Below, piece after piece: positions 29,606 through 40,200 of a DNA stretch of 64,000 nucleotides. Source of the DNA: Aulosira sp. ZfuVER01 (GTDB taxonomy: Bacteria; Cyanobacteriota; Cyanobacteriia; Cyanobacteriales; Nostocaceae); NCBI GenBank assembly GCA_034530615.2, contig JAVRCV020000022.1, forward strand, positions 1-64,000, given 5' to 3'. Each line of letters starts with the position of its first letter. Position 1 is the first letter of the stretch. The position numbers were made by a program, and so were the translations under genes. Below the pieces are notes generated by a model that worked only from the letters and a program-made list of their open reading frames with translations, was not told where the DNA came from and did no database searches.

Positions 29606-30630
29606 CGTTTCACCAACTTTAAGGGAACAGTTTGCGCTTTATTGGTGTTGGTGAAGTCTGCATTTGCAGGACGAAACTTCAAAGCTAGGGGACGGTAAAA
29701 TTCTATATCACCCAACAAAGATGCAAGATATTCTCGTACTTGTAAATCGAGACATTGACGATAACTTACTTCTCCGGCGTAAGGATGTAAGACAAAAGTT
29801 CGCAATTTTCCTTCCCAATGTTGGAGAAACTTTTGCAGAATACTGTGTGATTTACCGTTACCATTACTGTGAGACAGATTGCGGACAAAATTTAACACCA
29901 AGTCATCAACGATAGGTGCGCTAAATTCTGCGGTAAAGTCCCATGCTAAGGGCAGTTCGTAATGATTGTTGTGGTGTAAAATTGCGTAGTCTGGGTTAAG
30001 TCCGGCGGTGTTTAGCAGTGTGTAAATATATTGATGTAGTAGTTGATTTCCCAGGTTTATTAGTCCGCTAATGCGCTTGGTGGTTGTCAGGGGAGATCCA
30101 TTGTAGAAGCTGAGTAGGGAAGTAACAGCACAGTAATAGATATTATCAGCTTCCTCGCTATATTCTTGCAGTTCTTCAATTCCTGGTGCTACTGGTAAGT
30201 TGTCCATCAACAGCGTTAAATAATTTAATGCGCGTTGGGTTGTGTAATTAGCATGATGGTGAGTCCAATTTTGCAAAAAAGTATGTTGATTGTGCAGTTT
30301 TGCCCAGATAATACTTTCGGCTGTAGCGCGGTTAAATTCAGTATCGCGTGCGCGTCTACGTTGGTAGGTGAGATATTTGGCTTGTAGTTGGGATGGGTTT
30401 TCTAGCCGTCCTAAATATTCTCCTGTTTGGGTGAGATATAAGGTAGGAATGCGATGTTGGCGAATGATTTGAATGACTTCTTTTGGTAAATTGATATTAC
30501 CAAAAATGATGAATTGGCTGAGATTACGAATGGGGATACAAATGCGTTGCTGTTGTTGATGAAACACCTTTAAATAATGGTGTTGAATTTGGAATGATAC
30601 GTCTTTTTCGGTGAGGTAAATTGTAGACAT
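29602..30630 (-). CDS. cas1: Degenerate Cas1 paralog (catalytic residues altered)
   Basis: Cas1 fold pattern (TIYLTE, AESIIWAKLHNQ, HPYAGEVSYRQCLDLQVREY) but EYSEEA replaces GYEGKA and WDFTAEF replaces SDLMEEW. Confidence 0.8.
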   Translation of the reverse strand: MSTIYLTEKDVSFQIQHHYLKVFHQQQQRICIPIRNLSQFIIFGNINLPKEVIQIIRQHRIPTLYLTQTGEYLGRLENPSQLQAKYLTYQRRRARDTEFNRATAESIIWAKLHNQHTFLQNWTHHHANYTTQRALNYLTLLMDNLPVAPGIEELQEYSEEADNIYYCAVTSLLSFYNGSPLTTTKRISGLINLGNQLLHQYIYTLLNTAGLNPDYAILHHNNHYELPLAWDFTAEFSAPIVDDLVLNFVRNLSHSNGNGKSHSILQKFLQHWEGKLRTFVLHPYAGEVSYRQCLDLQVREYLASLLGDIEFYRPLALKFRPANADFTNTNKAQTVPLKLVKR

Positions 30631-30707
30631 AAATTGAAGCAAACTAGGTTTAGTTGTAAGTGAGAAACTTTTATTTCCTTACCTATGCTTCTATTTTTTC
30701 ATGTTGA

Positions 30708-30759
30708 TATTTGAGTTCGTATTTGCGTTAAAGCTATTTTTATATGACTTCGTATATGA
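30708..30759 (-). promoter_or_regulatory. Putative tandem operator upstream of cas1-cas2
   Basis: TCATATACGAAGTCATATA (minus strand, 30741-30759) plus a 15/19 copy offset by 33 bp; same arrangement at 33451-33502. Confidence 0.6.
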
Positions 30760-30868
30760 GTTATATGAGTTGCTCAAAAAGCATAAAAAAAGCCGGAGAT
30801 ACTATCCCCGACTTAGTTATAGTTTAATTATTCCAGCCAATGCGATCGCACTTTCCTTACATCTCAAC

Positions 30869-32073
30869 TTTTCCATCCCCGTGAGGGGTAATGTTTTGAA
30901 AACAATCAAGCAGGCATAAGACTTCAGAACGAACAGTATGGTTTCCATCCCCGTGAGGGGTAATGTTTTGAAAACCCAATGCATTATGGTGCGTTGGAAC
31001 GGCCGTACTAAATGGTTTCCATCCCCCTGAGGGGTAATGTTTTGAAAACCCAAATGCTTGAATTATACTCAGCACAATATTCTCTTGAGGTTTCCATCCC
31101 CGTGAGGGGTAATGTTTTGAAAACAGTTGTATCCGCAGGGGAAGGATGGAGTAAAATTGATTTGGTGGTTTCCATCCCCGTGAGGGGTAATGTTTTGAAA
31201 ACATTTGAATGATATTTCAACAATGTCTTTTGATGATGTTTCCATCCCCGTGAGGGGTAATGTTTTGAAAACACTGGTATAAATGGTTGTGCGAACAGCA
31301 CAATCAAAAGTTTCCATCCCCGTGAGGGGTAATGTTTTGAAAACCAGAGCCGACACCGACTCCAACGCAACCTGCACCTGAGCCGGTTTCCATCCCCGTG
31401 AGGGGTAATGTTTTGAAAACTGTTAATTATCCAACAAACTAATGAGGCTGTTGGAAGGTTTCCATCCCCGTGAGGGGTAATGTTTTGAAAACCAAGTTGG
31501 CACTGAATTATGGTATCCACGACAAAAACGTTTCCATCCCCGTGAGGGGTAATGTTTTGAAAACCGGAAGTACCGACAGCTCCCCCGGCCAGCCTAATTT
31601 CAGTTTCCATCCCCGTGAGGGGTAATGTTTTGAAAACGACTGTGGTTTCTGCGTCGGTAGCCGATGCAAAAATTTGTTTCCATCCCCGTGAGGGGTAATG
31701 TTTTGAAAACTCTTCAGCAAGGTAAGTCCTGCTGTCCTGGAACTATTAGGTTTCCATCCCCGTGAGGGGTAATGTTTTGAAAACGGCTTCAACAACAAGC
31801 ATTGATGATTTTGGTAATTTATTGTTTCCATCCCCGTGAGGGGTAATGTTTTGAAAACAGAAATTTTGTGCAGGTAAAACAGTTCCTTCTGCAAAGTTTC
31901 CATCCCCGTGAGGGGTAATGTTTTGAAAACTCCTCTTAGCTGCTGGATTGAGTACTCGGTGCTCTAGTTTCCATCCCCGTGAGGGGTAATGTTTTGAAAA
32001 CTAGGCGACAGTTTAGAGATTGCCACTGGTAGATCCAAGTTTCCATCCCCGTGAGGGGTAATGTTTTGAAAAC
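30869..32073 (-). CRISPR. CRISPR array 2: 17 repeats, 16 spacers; repeat GTTTTCAAAACATTACCCCTCACGGGGATGGAAAC (minus strand)
   Basis: 35-bp repeats counted by hand; altered terminal repeat at 30869; leader on the right. Confidence 0.98.
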
Positions 32074-32390
32074 CCTACCCTTTTAGAAGCCTTATCCAGA
32101 TAGGGTTACAGATACCCATTTTAGCGGGGGGTCTAATTTACCTGTCAATAATCTCAATTTATTGAGAATTAAAGGCTAGTAGACCATCCTCAAAAGCTTA
32201 CTGTGTAGGCTTTTAGCGGGGGTTAACGAAAGAATAAGGGTTTCAGCGATCGCCTGACCCCCGCTAAAAATTTACGCACACAAAGTCAAAACAAGTACTT
32301 TGAGATTCAGCCGGAAACGTTATATTCAGTTTTCAAGGTTCTATGCTTTTAAACAGAAGTATAACAAAGTACTTAAACTTTTGAAAGCTT
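32074..32390 (-). promoter_or_regulatory. CRISPR leader 2
   Basis: Paralogous to leaders 1 and 3; three CCCCCGCTAAAA motifs; TATACT box. Confidence 0.8.
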
Positions 32391-32408
32391 AAAACATTAA
32401 CTTTTCTA

Positions 32409-33152
32409 TCAAGCAGTAATCATATAATCTGTATACCAAAGTTGATATTCGCCGTGTTCATGCACGTATTCTAGTAACTCCGTTAAATGAGTTGCATCTA
32501 GTTCCAAAACCTCATCATTCTCTTGGGTTAACCAGTCTAATGTAGGTACTTCTTTGGTAATGACTGCGATAATTTCTTCCTTACCGGGAGTTCCTTCGAC
32601 TGGGAAAGCTGTCATTGGTGAACCCTCTTGAGGCAAACTTGTTGTACCAGTATTCAAGTGTGGCTTTTGAGCAAAACATGAGGGACAAAAGCACCACATT
32701 TGCCCAGATGTATCTTTTTGCAGTAGCAATAAATATCCGGGAGTTGACAAATTGATCTCAACTCGAATGTAACTACCCAGTTGCACCGATTTTTCGTACC
32801 TTCCTGGAATTTTCTTCCCCCAGCCGAGAGTTTCTTCTTTGACTAAGACTAGTCCCATTTGTTCGGTGGGGGAACCTAATGATTGAAGTTGTTGCCAAAG
32901 ATTATCGAAGGGTGTGAGTTCTTGGGGTTCTTCCTCACCAAATACAGCAATATCTTGCCAGTTTAAACCCAGGAATACACAAATCTCTTGGAAATTGGTG
33001 CGATATATCGGTTTAGCGTTGAAGAAATTACTAACTGTTGTGTAACCTAATCTTACTTCCGCCGCAAAATCTGTTTGGGTTAAATTTTTGGCTTTTAGGG
33101 CTTTCCTTGCCAGTTTAACGCCTTCAGTTGATGCAACCAGAGTCCGGGACAT
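32409..33152 (-). CDS. XRE-HTH plus DUF4384-like domain protein (putative regulator)
   Basis: LTQTDFAAEVRLGYTTVSNFF HTH; PGYLLLLQKDTSGQMWCFCPS and GKEEIIAVIT C-terminal domain. Confidence 0.75.
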   Translation of the reverse strand: MSRTLVASTEGVKLARKALKAKNLTQTDFAAEVRLGYTTVSNFFNAKPIYRTNFQEICVFLGLNWQDIAVFGEEEPQELTPFDNLWQQLQSLGSPTEQMGLVLVKEETLGWGKKIPGRYEKSVQLGSYIRVEINLSTPGYLLLLQKDTSGQMWCFCPSCFAQKPHLNTGTTSLPQEGSPMTAFPVEGTPGKEEIIAVITKEVPTLDWLTQENDEVLELDATHLTELLEYVHEHGEYQLWYTDYMITA

Positions 33153-33450
33153 AAACAAGTAAAAAGTAAAAAGTTAAAAGGTAAAAGAGAAGCTGAGATA
33201 AAAGTTAGCACATAATGATATTGCGATCGCACTTCCAGCAAATCTCTGATGGTTTTGGCTACACAGTGATGGTGGTGTTCGGTGATGAAATTACGCAAAT
33301 AAGCAAGCAAACCGCAGTTTGAGAAAATAATACAGCCTTTTTCAGGTAAATGAATGTAGGGGCACAAGCATTGCTGTGCCCTGACGATAGATGTGGTTGA
33401 AATACGTGAATCTGCTGTAAACGACATCCTCTGACATCGACATCTCTAAG

Positions 33451-33502
33451 TCATATACGAAGTCATATACAAAATTAAATAACCCATACACGAACTCATA
33501 TA
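33451..33502 (+). promoter_or_regulatory. Putative tandem operator upstream of RT-cas1
   Basis: TCATATACGAAGTCATATA at 33451-33469 and a 16/19 copy at 33484-33502. Confidence 0.6.
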
Positions 33503-33730
33503 TAGCACTGCAACAATTAAATTAAACCTACTACAAAAAACCAAAAATTGTCGGTTGGGTTGGCGGCAGGAAATCCAACACTGATAATCATCTTGAGTTG
33601 TCAAAATATATGTTGGGTTTCGCCGTCGCTGTGTTAAGAAATTTGCGGTGCCGTACTCTCACCGATACACACCCTACACATATTTCTTTTACCTTTTACC
33701 TTTTACCTTTTTACTTTTTACTTTCATACC

Positions 33731-35752
33731 ATGTTCACTCTAGAACATCTCAATTTCGCATGGCTACAAGTCCGTGCGGGTAGTAAGACTGCGGGAATTG
33801 ATGGGATTTCTGTTGAATTATTCGAGTCTATGGCTACCGAACAATTACAGCATATCGCCTATCAAATCCAGCATGAAACTTATACTGCAAGTCCCGCTAA
33901 AGGGTTTTATATACCCAAGAAAAACGGCGATAAGCGCTTAATTGGTATCTCTACTGTGCGGGATAGAATTGTGCAGCGCTTGCTGCTTGATGAATTGTAT
34001 TTTCCCTTAGAAGATACATTTCTAGATTGTAGCTATGCCTATCGTCCGGGACATAGTATCCAGCAAGCAGTACAGCATTTATATGGATACTATCAGTATC
34101 AGCCAAAATGGATTATTAAAGCCGATATCGCTGATTTTTTTGACAATCTTTCTTGGGCGTTGCTGTTAACAGCATTGGAAGAATTATCGCTTAATTCCAG
34201 TGTCATGCAATTACTCCAAGGACAGTTGCAATCGGGAATCATCATTGCTAAACAACATATCAACCCAGGTAAAGGAGTATTACAAGGTGGGATACTTTCT
34301 GGTGCTTTAGCAAATTTATATCTGACTAATTTTGATCGAAAATGTCTCAGTCAAGGTATTAACTTGGTACGATATGGGGATGATTTTGTTATCGCCTGTA
34401 ATAGTTGGCTAGAAGCAAACCGTATCCTCGACAAAATTACCGCTTGGTTGGGCGAGGTTTATTTAACTCTCCAACCAGAGAAGACACAGATTTTTACTCC
34501 CAATGATGAGTTTACTTTTTTAGGTTATCGCTTTGCTGGTGGTGAAGTTTATGCGCCACCACCACCTAAACCTGTACGCCCAGGCGAATGGGTAATTAAT
34601 GATTCGGGTTCACCTTATTTTCGCACCAAACCAAGACCGAGAAAACCAGTTTCTCATCCTCCCAAAGCTTGCAGTATCGATAAGCCGATTAATTTCCCAA
34701 AAGCATCTCTATCCCATTATTGGCAGGAAAGTATGACTACTTTATATATAACCGATCAAGGTGCATATTTGAGTGTCAAAAATCAGCAGTTTCAGGTATT
34801 TTATCAGCGAGAGTTACGAATTAAAGTTCCAGTTTCGCGGGTGAGCAATATTGTTCTATTTGGTTCTTGTAATGTATCGCATGGCGCTGTGAGTATGGCG
34901 TTGCGGCGACGGATTCCGATTATGTATTTATCGCAGAAAGGCAGATATTTTGGGAGGTTACAAGTAGAAGGTGATGCCAAAGTTGAATATTTGATGTTAC
35001 AGGTTGAACGTTGTCAAAATCCTGAGTTTGTCAAAAAGCAAGCTGAAGCGATAGTTAAGGCAAAGTTGCATAACTCCCGAATTTTGCTAATGCGATTAAA
35101 TCGTCGTCGGAAATCTAAAGATGTAGATGAAGCAGCTATTAAAACCGCCGTTCATGATTTAGAGATTTTGATCAGCAAGCTACCTTTTGCAGATAGTATG
35201 GATATGCTGCGGGGCTATGAAGGAAAAGCGGCGACAATTTATTTTCAAGCGCTAGGAAGTTTATTTTCTGGTGCATTTAAATTTGAAAAGCGCACCAAGC
35301 GTCCACCCACTGACCCGATTAATAGTATGCTCAGTTTAGGGTACACTCTATTAAGCCAAAATGTTTATTCGTTCATCCAATCTGTAGGATTGCATACTCA
35401 TTTTGGGAATTTACACGTTCCCCGCGATTATCATCCAGCGCTAGTTTCTGATTTGATGGAAGAATGGCGGGCTGGCTTAGTCGATACTTTGGTAGTTTAT
35501 TTAGTCAATTCTGAAGTTTTTACAATTGATGATTTTACCTTACCTGACGAACGCGAAGGGGTGTATTTTCAACCTCACGCACTCAAGAAGTTTCTGAAGC
35601 ATTGGGAAGAGAAATTGCAATCAGAAGTGACGCATCCTCATACTGGACAAAAAGTAGTATACCGTCGCGCTCTTGAGTTGCAGGTACGGGAATACATTTC
35701 TTGTTTAAAGGGTGAAGTAGAAATTTACCGCCCGATGACTTGGGAGAGATAG
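33731..35752 (+). CDS. cas1: Reverse transcriptase-Cas1 fusion (RT-Cas1)
   Basis: RT motifs AGIDG, RDRIVQR, ADIADFFD, QGGILS, RYGDD; Pro-rich linker; Cas1 with GYEG, GNLH and DLMEEWR catalytic motifs. Confidence 0.96.
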   Translation: MFTLEHLNFAWLQVRAGSKTAGIDGISVELFESMATEQLQHIAYQIQHETYTASPAKGFYIPKKNGDKRLIGISTVRDRIVQRLLLDELYFPLEDTFLDCSYAYRPGHSIQQAVQHLYGYYQYQPKWIIKADIADFFDNLSWALLLTALEELSLNSSVMQLLQGQLQSGIIIAKQHINPGKGVLQGGILSGALANLYLTNFDRKCLSQGINLVRYGDDFVIACNSWLEANRILDKITAWLGEVYLTLQPEKTQIFTPNDEFTFLGYRFAGGEVYAPPPPKPVRPGEWVINDSGSPYFRTKPRPRKPVSHPPKACSIDKPINFPKASLSHYWQESMTTLYITDQGAYLSVKNQQFQVFYQRELRIKVPVSRVSNIVLFGSCNVSHGAVSMALRRRIPIMYLSQKGRYFGRLQVEGDAKVEYLMLQVERCQNPEFVKKQAEAIVKAKLHNSRILLMRLNRRRKSKDVDEAAIKTAVHDLEILISKLPFADSMDMLRGYEGKAATIYFQALGSLFSGAFKFEKRTKRPPTDPINSMLSLGYTLLSQNVYSFIQSVGLHTHFGNLHVPRDYHPALVSDLMEEWRAGLVDTLVVYLVNSEVFTIDDFTLPDEREGVYFQPHALKKFLKHWEEKLQSEVTHPHTGQKVVYRRALELQVREYISCLKGEVEIYRPMTWER

Positions 35753-35789
35753 GCGAGAAAACTTATGTTAAGTTTGCGGCTGACGCTGT

Positions 35790-36100
35790 GAAAAGTCCAG
35801 AGTACTTTGTTATACTGTCTAACAAAATCACAGTACCTTGAAAACTTAATTTTTCGTTTCCAAGTGAAAGCAAAAGTATTTGTTTTGACTAGACACACGT
35901 AAGTTTTTAGCGGGGGTAGAGCGATCGTCAAAACCCTTATTCTTTCGTTGACCCCCGCTAATCGCTTACTGTACAAGGTTTTGAGTAGGGTCGATGAGTC
36001 CCCTATTCTCAATAATTTGTGCTTATTGACAGATAATTTGACCCCCCCGCTAAAATGGCTATCTGTAACCCTTTCTGGGTAAGGTTTCTAAAAGGGTAGG
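35790..36100 (+). promoter_or_regulatory. CRISPR leader 3
   Basis: Inverted paralog of leaders 1 and 2; TATACT box at about 35812; CCCCCGCTAA motifs. Confidence 0.8.
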
Positions 36101-37226
36101 GTTTTCAAATCATTACCCCTCACGGGGATGGAAACGAGTTCTGAGATTGTCTCATTACTAGGCCCAACACCAAGTTTTCAAATCATTACCCCTCACGGGG
36201 ATGGAAACGTCTAATCTTTACATCAGTTAAATCAGTTACAAGAAATTGTTTTCAAATCATTACCCCTCACGGGGATGGAAACGCGTAGTAGTCTTTCGTA
36301 ATTCGATATACCTGTGGTTTTCAAATCATTACCCCTCACGGGGATGGAAACGTGTTTGGGCTTGCTTCGCCAAGGCTTCGGCTTGAGCGGGTTTTCAAAT
36401 CATTACCCCTCACGGGGATGGAAACGAGACATCACTTGGTGGAGTACCTACTCCAACTGCTATTAGTTTTCAAATCATTACCCCTCACGGGGATGGAAAC
36501 TGTCTGGAAACTGGGTAATCACATTGAACCCATATTGTTTTCAAATCATTACCCCTCACGGGGATGGAAACTTTCCAGTGCGCCTGGAACAATATAGGTC
36601 GGTAGAAGGTTTTCAAATCATTACCCCTCACGGGGATGGAAACTGGTTGGTGAGAAGTTTTTGCTTCTGAAACAATAGGGGTGGGTTGTTTTCAAATCAT
36701 TACCCCTCACGGGGATGGAAACATTCTCTGCATAAGTAATCTTATGCAGAATATATTGTTTTCAAATCATTACCCCTCACGGGGATGGAAACTGGTGTTA
36801 CTAATGCCATCGGATTCGACTTTATTAACTGTTTTCAAATCATTACCCCTCACGGGGATGGAAACCCTTGGCTTTCTTCGTAACTCAATTCGATATTTGT
36901 TTTCAAATCATTACCCCTCACGGGGATGGAAACTCTACAGGAGTGGGGATGAAAATAATGATAGGGTATGAAGTTTTCAAATCATTACCCCTCACGGGGA
37001 TGGAAACTGTATAGGGCTAATTGCAAACGCACTCATAACAAGCGGTTTTCAAATCATTACCCCTCACGGGGATGGAAACAAACAAAAAGAAATCCGAAAG
37101 CAATTTTATCCTGATGGGTTTTCAAATCATTACCCCTCACGGGGATGGAAACTTTTTCAAAGCTAAGGATTCTGAATGTCTCAGACCCATCGTTTTCAAA
37201 TCATTACCCCTCACGGGGATAATAAA
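36101..37226 (+). CRISPR. CRISPR array 3: 16 repeats, 15 spacers; repeat GTTTTCAAATCATTACCCCTCACGGGGATGGAAAC
   Basis: 35-bp repeats counted by hand; last repeat (37192) degenerate at its 3' end. Confidence 0.98.
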
Positions 37227-37280
37227 TTTTAGATAAAATAAGTAATTGATAAAAAATATCCAAACATCTGGAATTAGCAG

Positions 37281-40200
37281 ATGAAAAAACTTATAAAAAA
37301 ATTAAATCAACTAAATTTACAAGTTGTAGAATTAGCTGGAGAAGGCAACCTAGAACAAGCAATAATCGTTGCCCAACAAGCTGTAAATATTGGCGAGACT
37401 CACCAAATAACCGAAAATCCTGAATACTGCGATAGCTTAAATAACCTCGCCGAACTATATCGGATACAAGGAAGTTACTTATTAGCTCAACCTTTATACT
37501 TACAAACCCTAAATCTCAGAAAAAAACTTCTAGGTTACGAACATCCTGATGTCGCCCAATCTCTAAATAATCTCGCCGCCTTATACCATGCACAAGGCAA
37601 TTATGTAGAAGCAGAAAAACTCTTTCTAGAATCACTAGAATTGTGGAAACATATCTTTGGCGAATCACATTTTCAAATTGCCACTAATTTAAATAACCTC
37701 GCCGAAATATATCGAGAACAAGGCAAATATTTCCAAGCTGAACAAGTACACTTAGAAGTGTTAGCAATGCGAAAACGCTTGTTTGGTGAGTCACATCCTG
37801 ATATTGCCCAAACTCTAAATAATTTAGCCAATATTTACACCACACAAGGCCGCTATGCTGATGCAGAAAGAATGCATTTAGAAGCCTTGGCGATGAAACA
37901 AAGCTTATTTGGCGATACACATCCAGAAATTGCTGTTAGCTTAAATAACTTAGCTGCATTATATGACTCACAAGGGCGTTATTTAGAGGCAGAAGAAAAG
38001 TTTCTCGAAATCTTAGATAAATGGCAAAAAATCCTCCCCAACGAACATCCATACATCGCCTCTACCTTAAATAATCTTGCCAGCAATTACAAAGAACAAG
38101 GACGTTACCGAGAAGCAGAACAGATATATCTCCAAGCTTTGGCGATGCGGAAATGCTTACTCGGAAATCTACATCCTGATGTCGCAGTAAGCTTGAGTAA
38201 CTTAGCCGAAGTTTATCTCAGCCAAGGACGCTATGAACAAGCTGAACAATTGTATTTAGCAGCCCATGAAATGAGAAAGCAATTATTCACTGATGAACAT
38301 CTTGATATTGCTGATAGTTTAAGGAATATAGCCGTAGTTTATACATTTCAAGGACGCTATGACCAAGCCGAACAAAAATATTTGGAAGTCTTACCCATTC
38401 TAGAAAATTTTCTAGGGTTAGAGCATCCAGTCATTGCCGAGCATTTCATTAATCTAGCAGCACTTTATGAAGAACAAGGACGTTATTCGCAAGCCGAACA
38501 GAAATATTTAGCTGCTTTAGAAATTCAAAGAAATATTTTTGGTCATGAACATCCAGAAATTGCCCATACTTTCAACCAAATAGCCGTACTTTATCGCCTC
38601 CAAGGACGATATGCAGAATCCGAACAACTGCATCTAGAATGTTTGGCAATGACTAAACGTCTGTTAGGAGAACAACATCCATTTGCGGCAGTTATTCTGA
38701 ATAATTTAGCAGTATTATATGATGATTTAACTCAATATCAAAAAGCCGAATCATTATTTTTACAAGCTTTAGCAATTGTTAAAACTGCCTTCGGTACTGC
38801 ACACCCCCAAGTAGCAACTACAATGAATAACTTAGCTGTTATTTATGATTTTCAAGGGCGTTACCAAGAATCAGAAAAACTGCATTTAGAAACCTTAAAA
38901 CTGAGAAAATCATTATTAGGGGAAGAACACCCAAAAGTTTCTATAAGTCTGAATAATCTTGCAGAACTCTACTTTTCACAAGGGCGCTTTGCGGAAGCAG
39001 AACAGAAGTATGTCGAAACTTTGGCGATGCGAAAACGCTTATTGGGAGAAGAACATCCCGACGTAGCTTTTAGTATGAATAATCTCGCTACTGTCTTAGC
39101 TGCTACTAACCGCCCAGAAGCAGCTTTAGATTATCGCATCCAAGCAAGCTTAATTAATGACAAGATTATACGTAACATATTTGCCTTCAGTTCGGAAAGC
39201 GATCGCCTGGCTTTTCTGCAAAAAATTAGAAATAATTTCGATTTATTTCTCTCCTTAGTCTACAACCACCTATCTGACTCGAATCATGCCAAACTTGCAG
39301 CAATCGATTTTGTCTTGAAACGCAAAGGACTAACAGCATCAGCACTGGCGGCGCAAAACCAAGCCCTATATAGTGGACGCTATCCCCAACTCCAAGAAAA
39401 GTTCCGTCAGCTAAGTGATTTAAATACGCGACTGGTACACCTCACTTTCTCTGTCCCCCAAACCGATGAGACAGCCACACCAGAGAAAACCTCGCGCCAG
39501 TTCACAGCCTACCGAGAAAACTTAACCCAACTGCAAGCACAGTATAACTACTTGCAAAAACAACTAGCATTGCAAGTACCAGAAATTCAGTTATCTGAGC
39601 AAACTTTTGACCGTGAAGCTATAGCCACAGCATTACCCCCTGATTCTATTTTAATTGAATTTGTCCGCTTTGATGTCTTCGATTTTCAGGCGATCGCCGC
39701 CAATGGAGAAACCCAATGGTATCCACCTCGGTATCTAGCATTTATTCTCAAAGCCGGACAACCAGATGCAGTGCAAACGATCGACTTAGGAGCAGCCGAC
39801 ACAATTGATAGCCTAATTCAGATATTTCGCTTAGAAGCATCCGATTATGCACAGCCAACATTAGCTCTTAGGAAAACTAAAGACAAACCAACGCTGCATA
39901 TTAAAGCTTATGATTCCACTGCTGCTATTCAACTGAGTCAATTGCTGTTTGCACCCATCCGTGAATTCGTCAAAGATTGCAGACATCTGATTATTGCACC
40001 CGATGGAAACTTAAACTTAGTCCCGTTTCAGATTTTGCCTATTGATAGTACAGGTCAACGTCTACTAATGGATGAATATACCATCAGTTATCTCAGTGTC
40101 GGCAGAGAAATTCTCCGCACCAAAGTTCAGCCATTGACACGTTCCATCTCTGCACCACTCATCCTTGCTGATCCTGATTTTGATTTAACAGCAGACTTAG

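Noticed and set aside
33340..33730. Palindromes and TTTTACC heptamers before RT-cas1 (similar at 3636-3692 and 28835-28915) as an ncRNA
   Set aside because: They resemble dispersed REP-like and STRR repeats of Nostocales; no evidence for a specific RNA
33731..34700. RT as a group II intron, retron or DGR
   Set aside because: It is fused in frame to Cas1 next to arrays; no maturase domain, intron RNA or template/variable repeat pair was seen
26500..37000. Many short ORFs with repeated FQNIPPHGDGN, VFKTLPLTGMET or FSKHYPSRGWK peptides
   Set aside because: They are translations of CRISPR repeats, not genes
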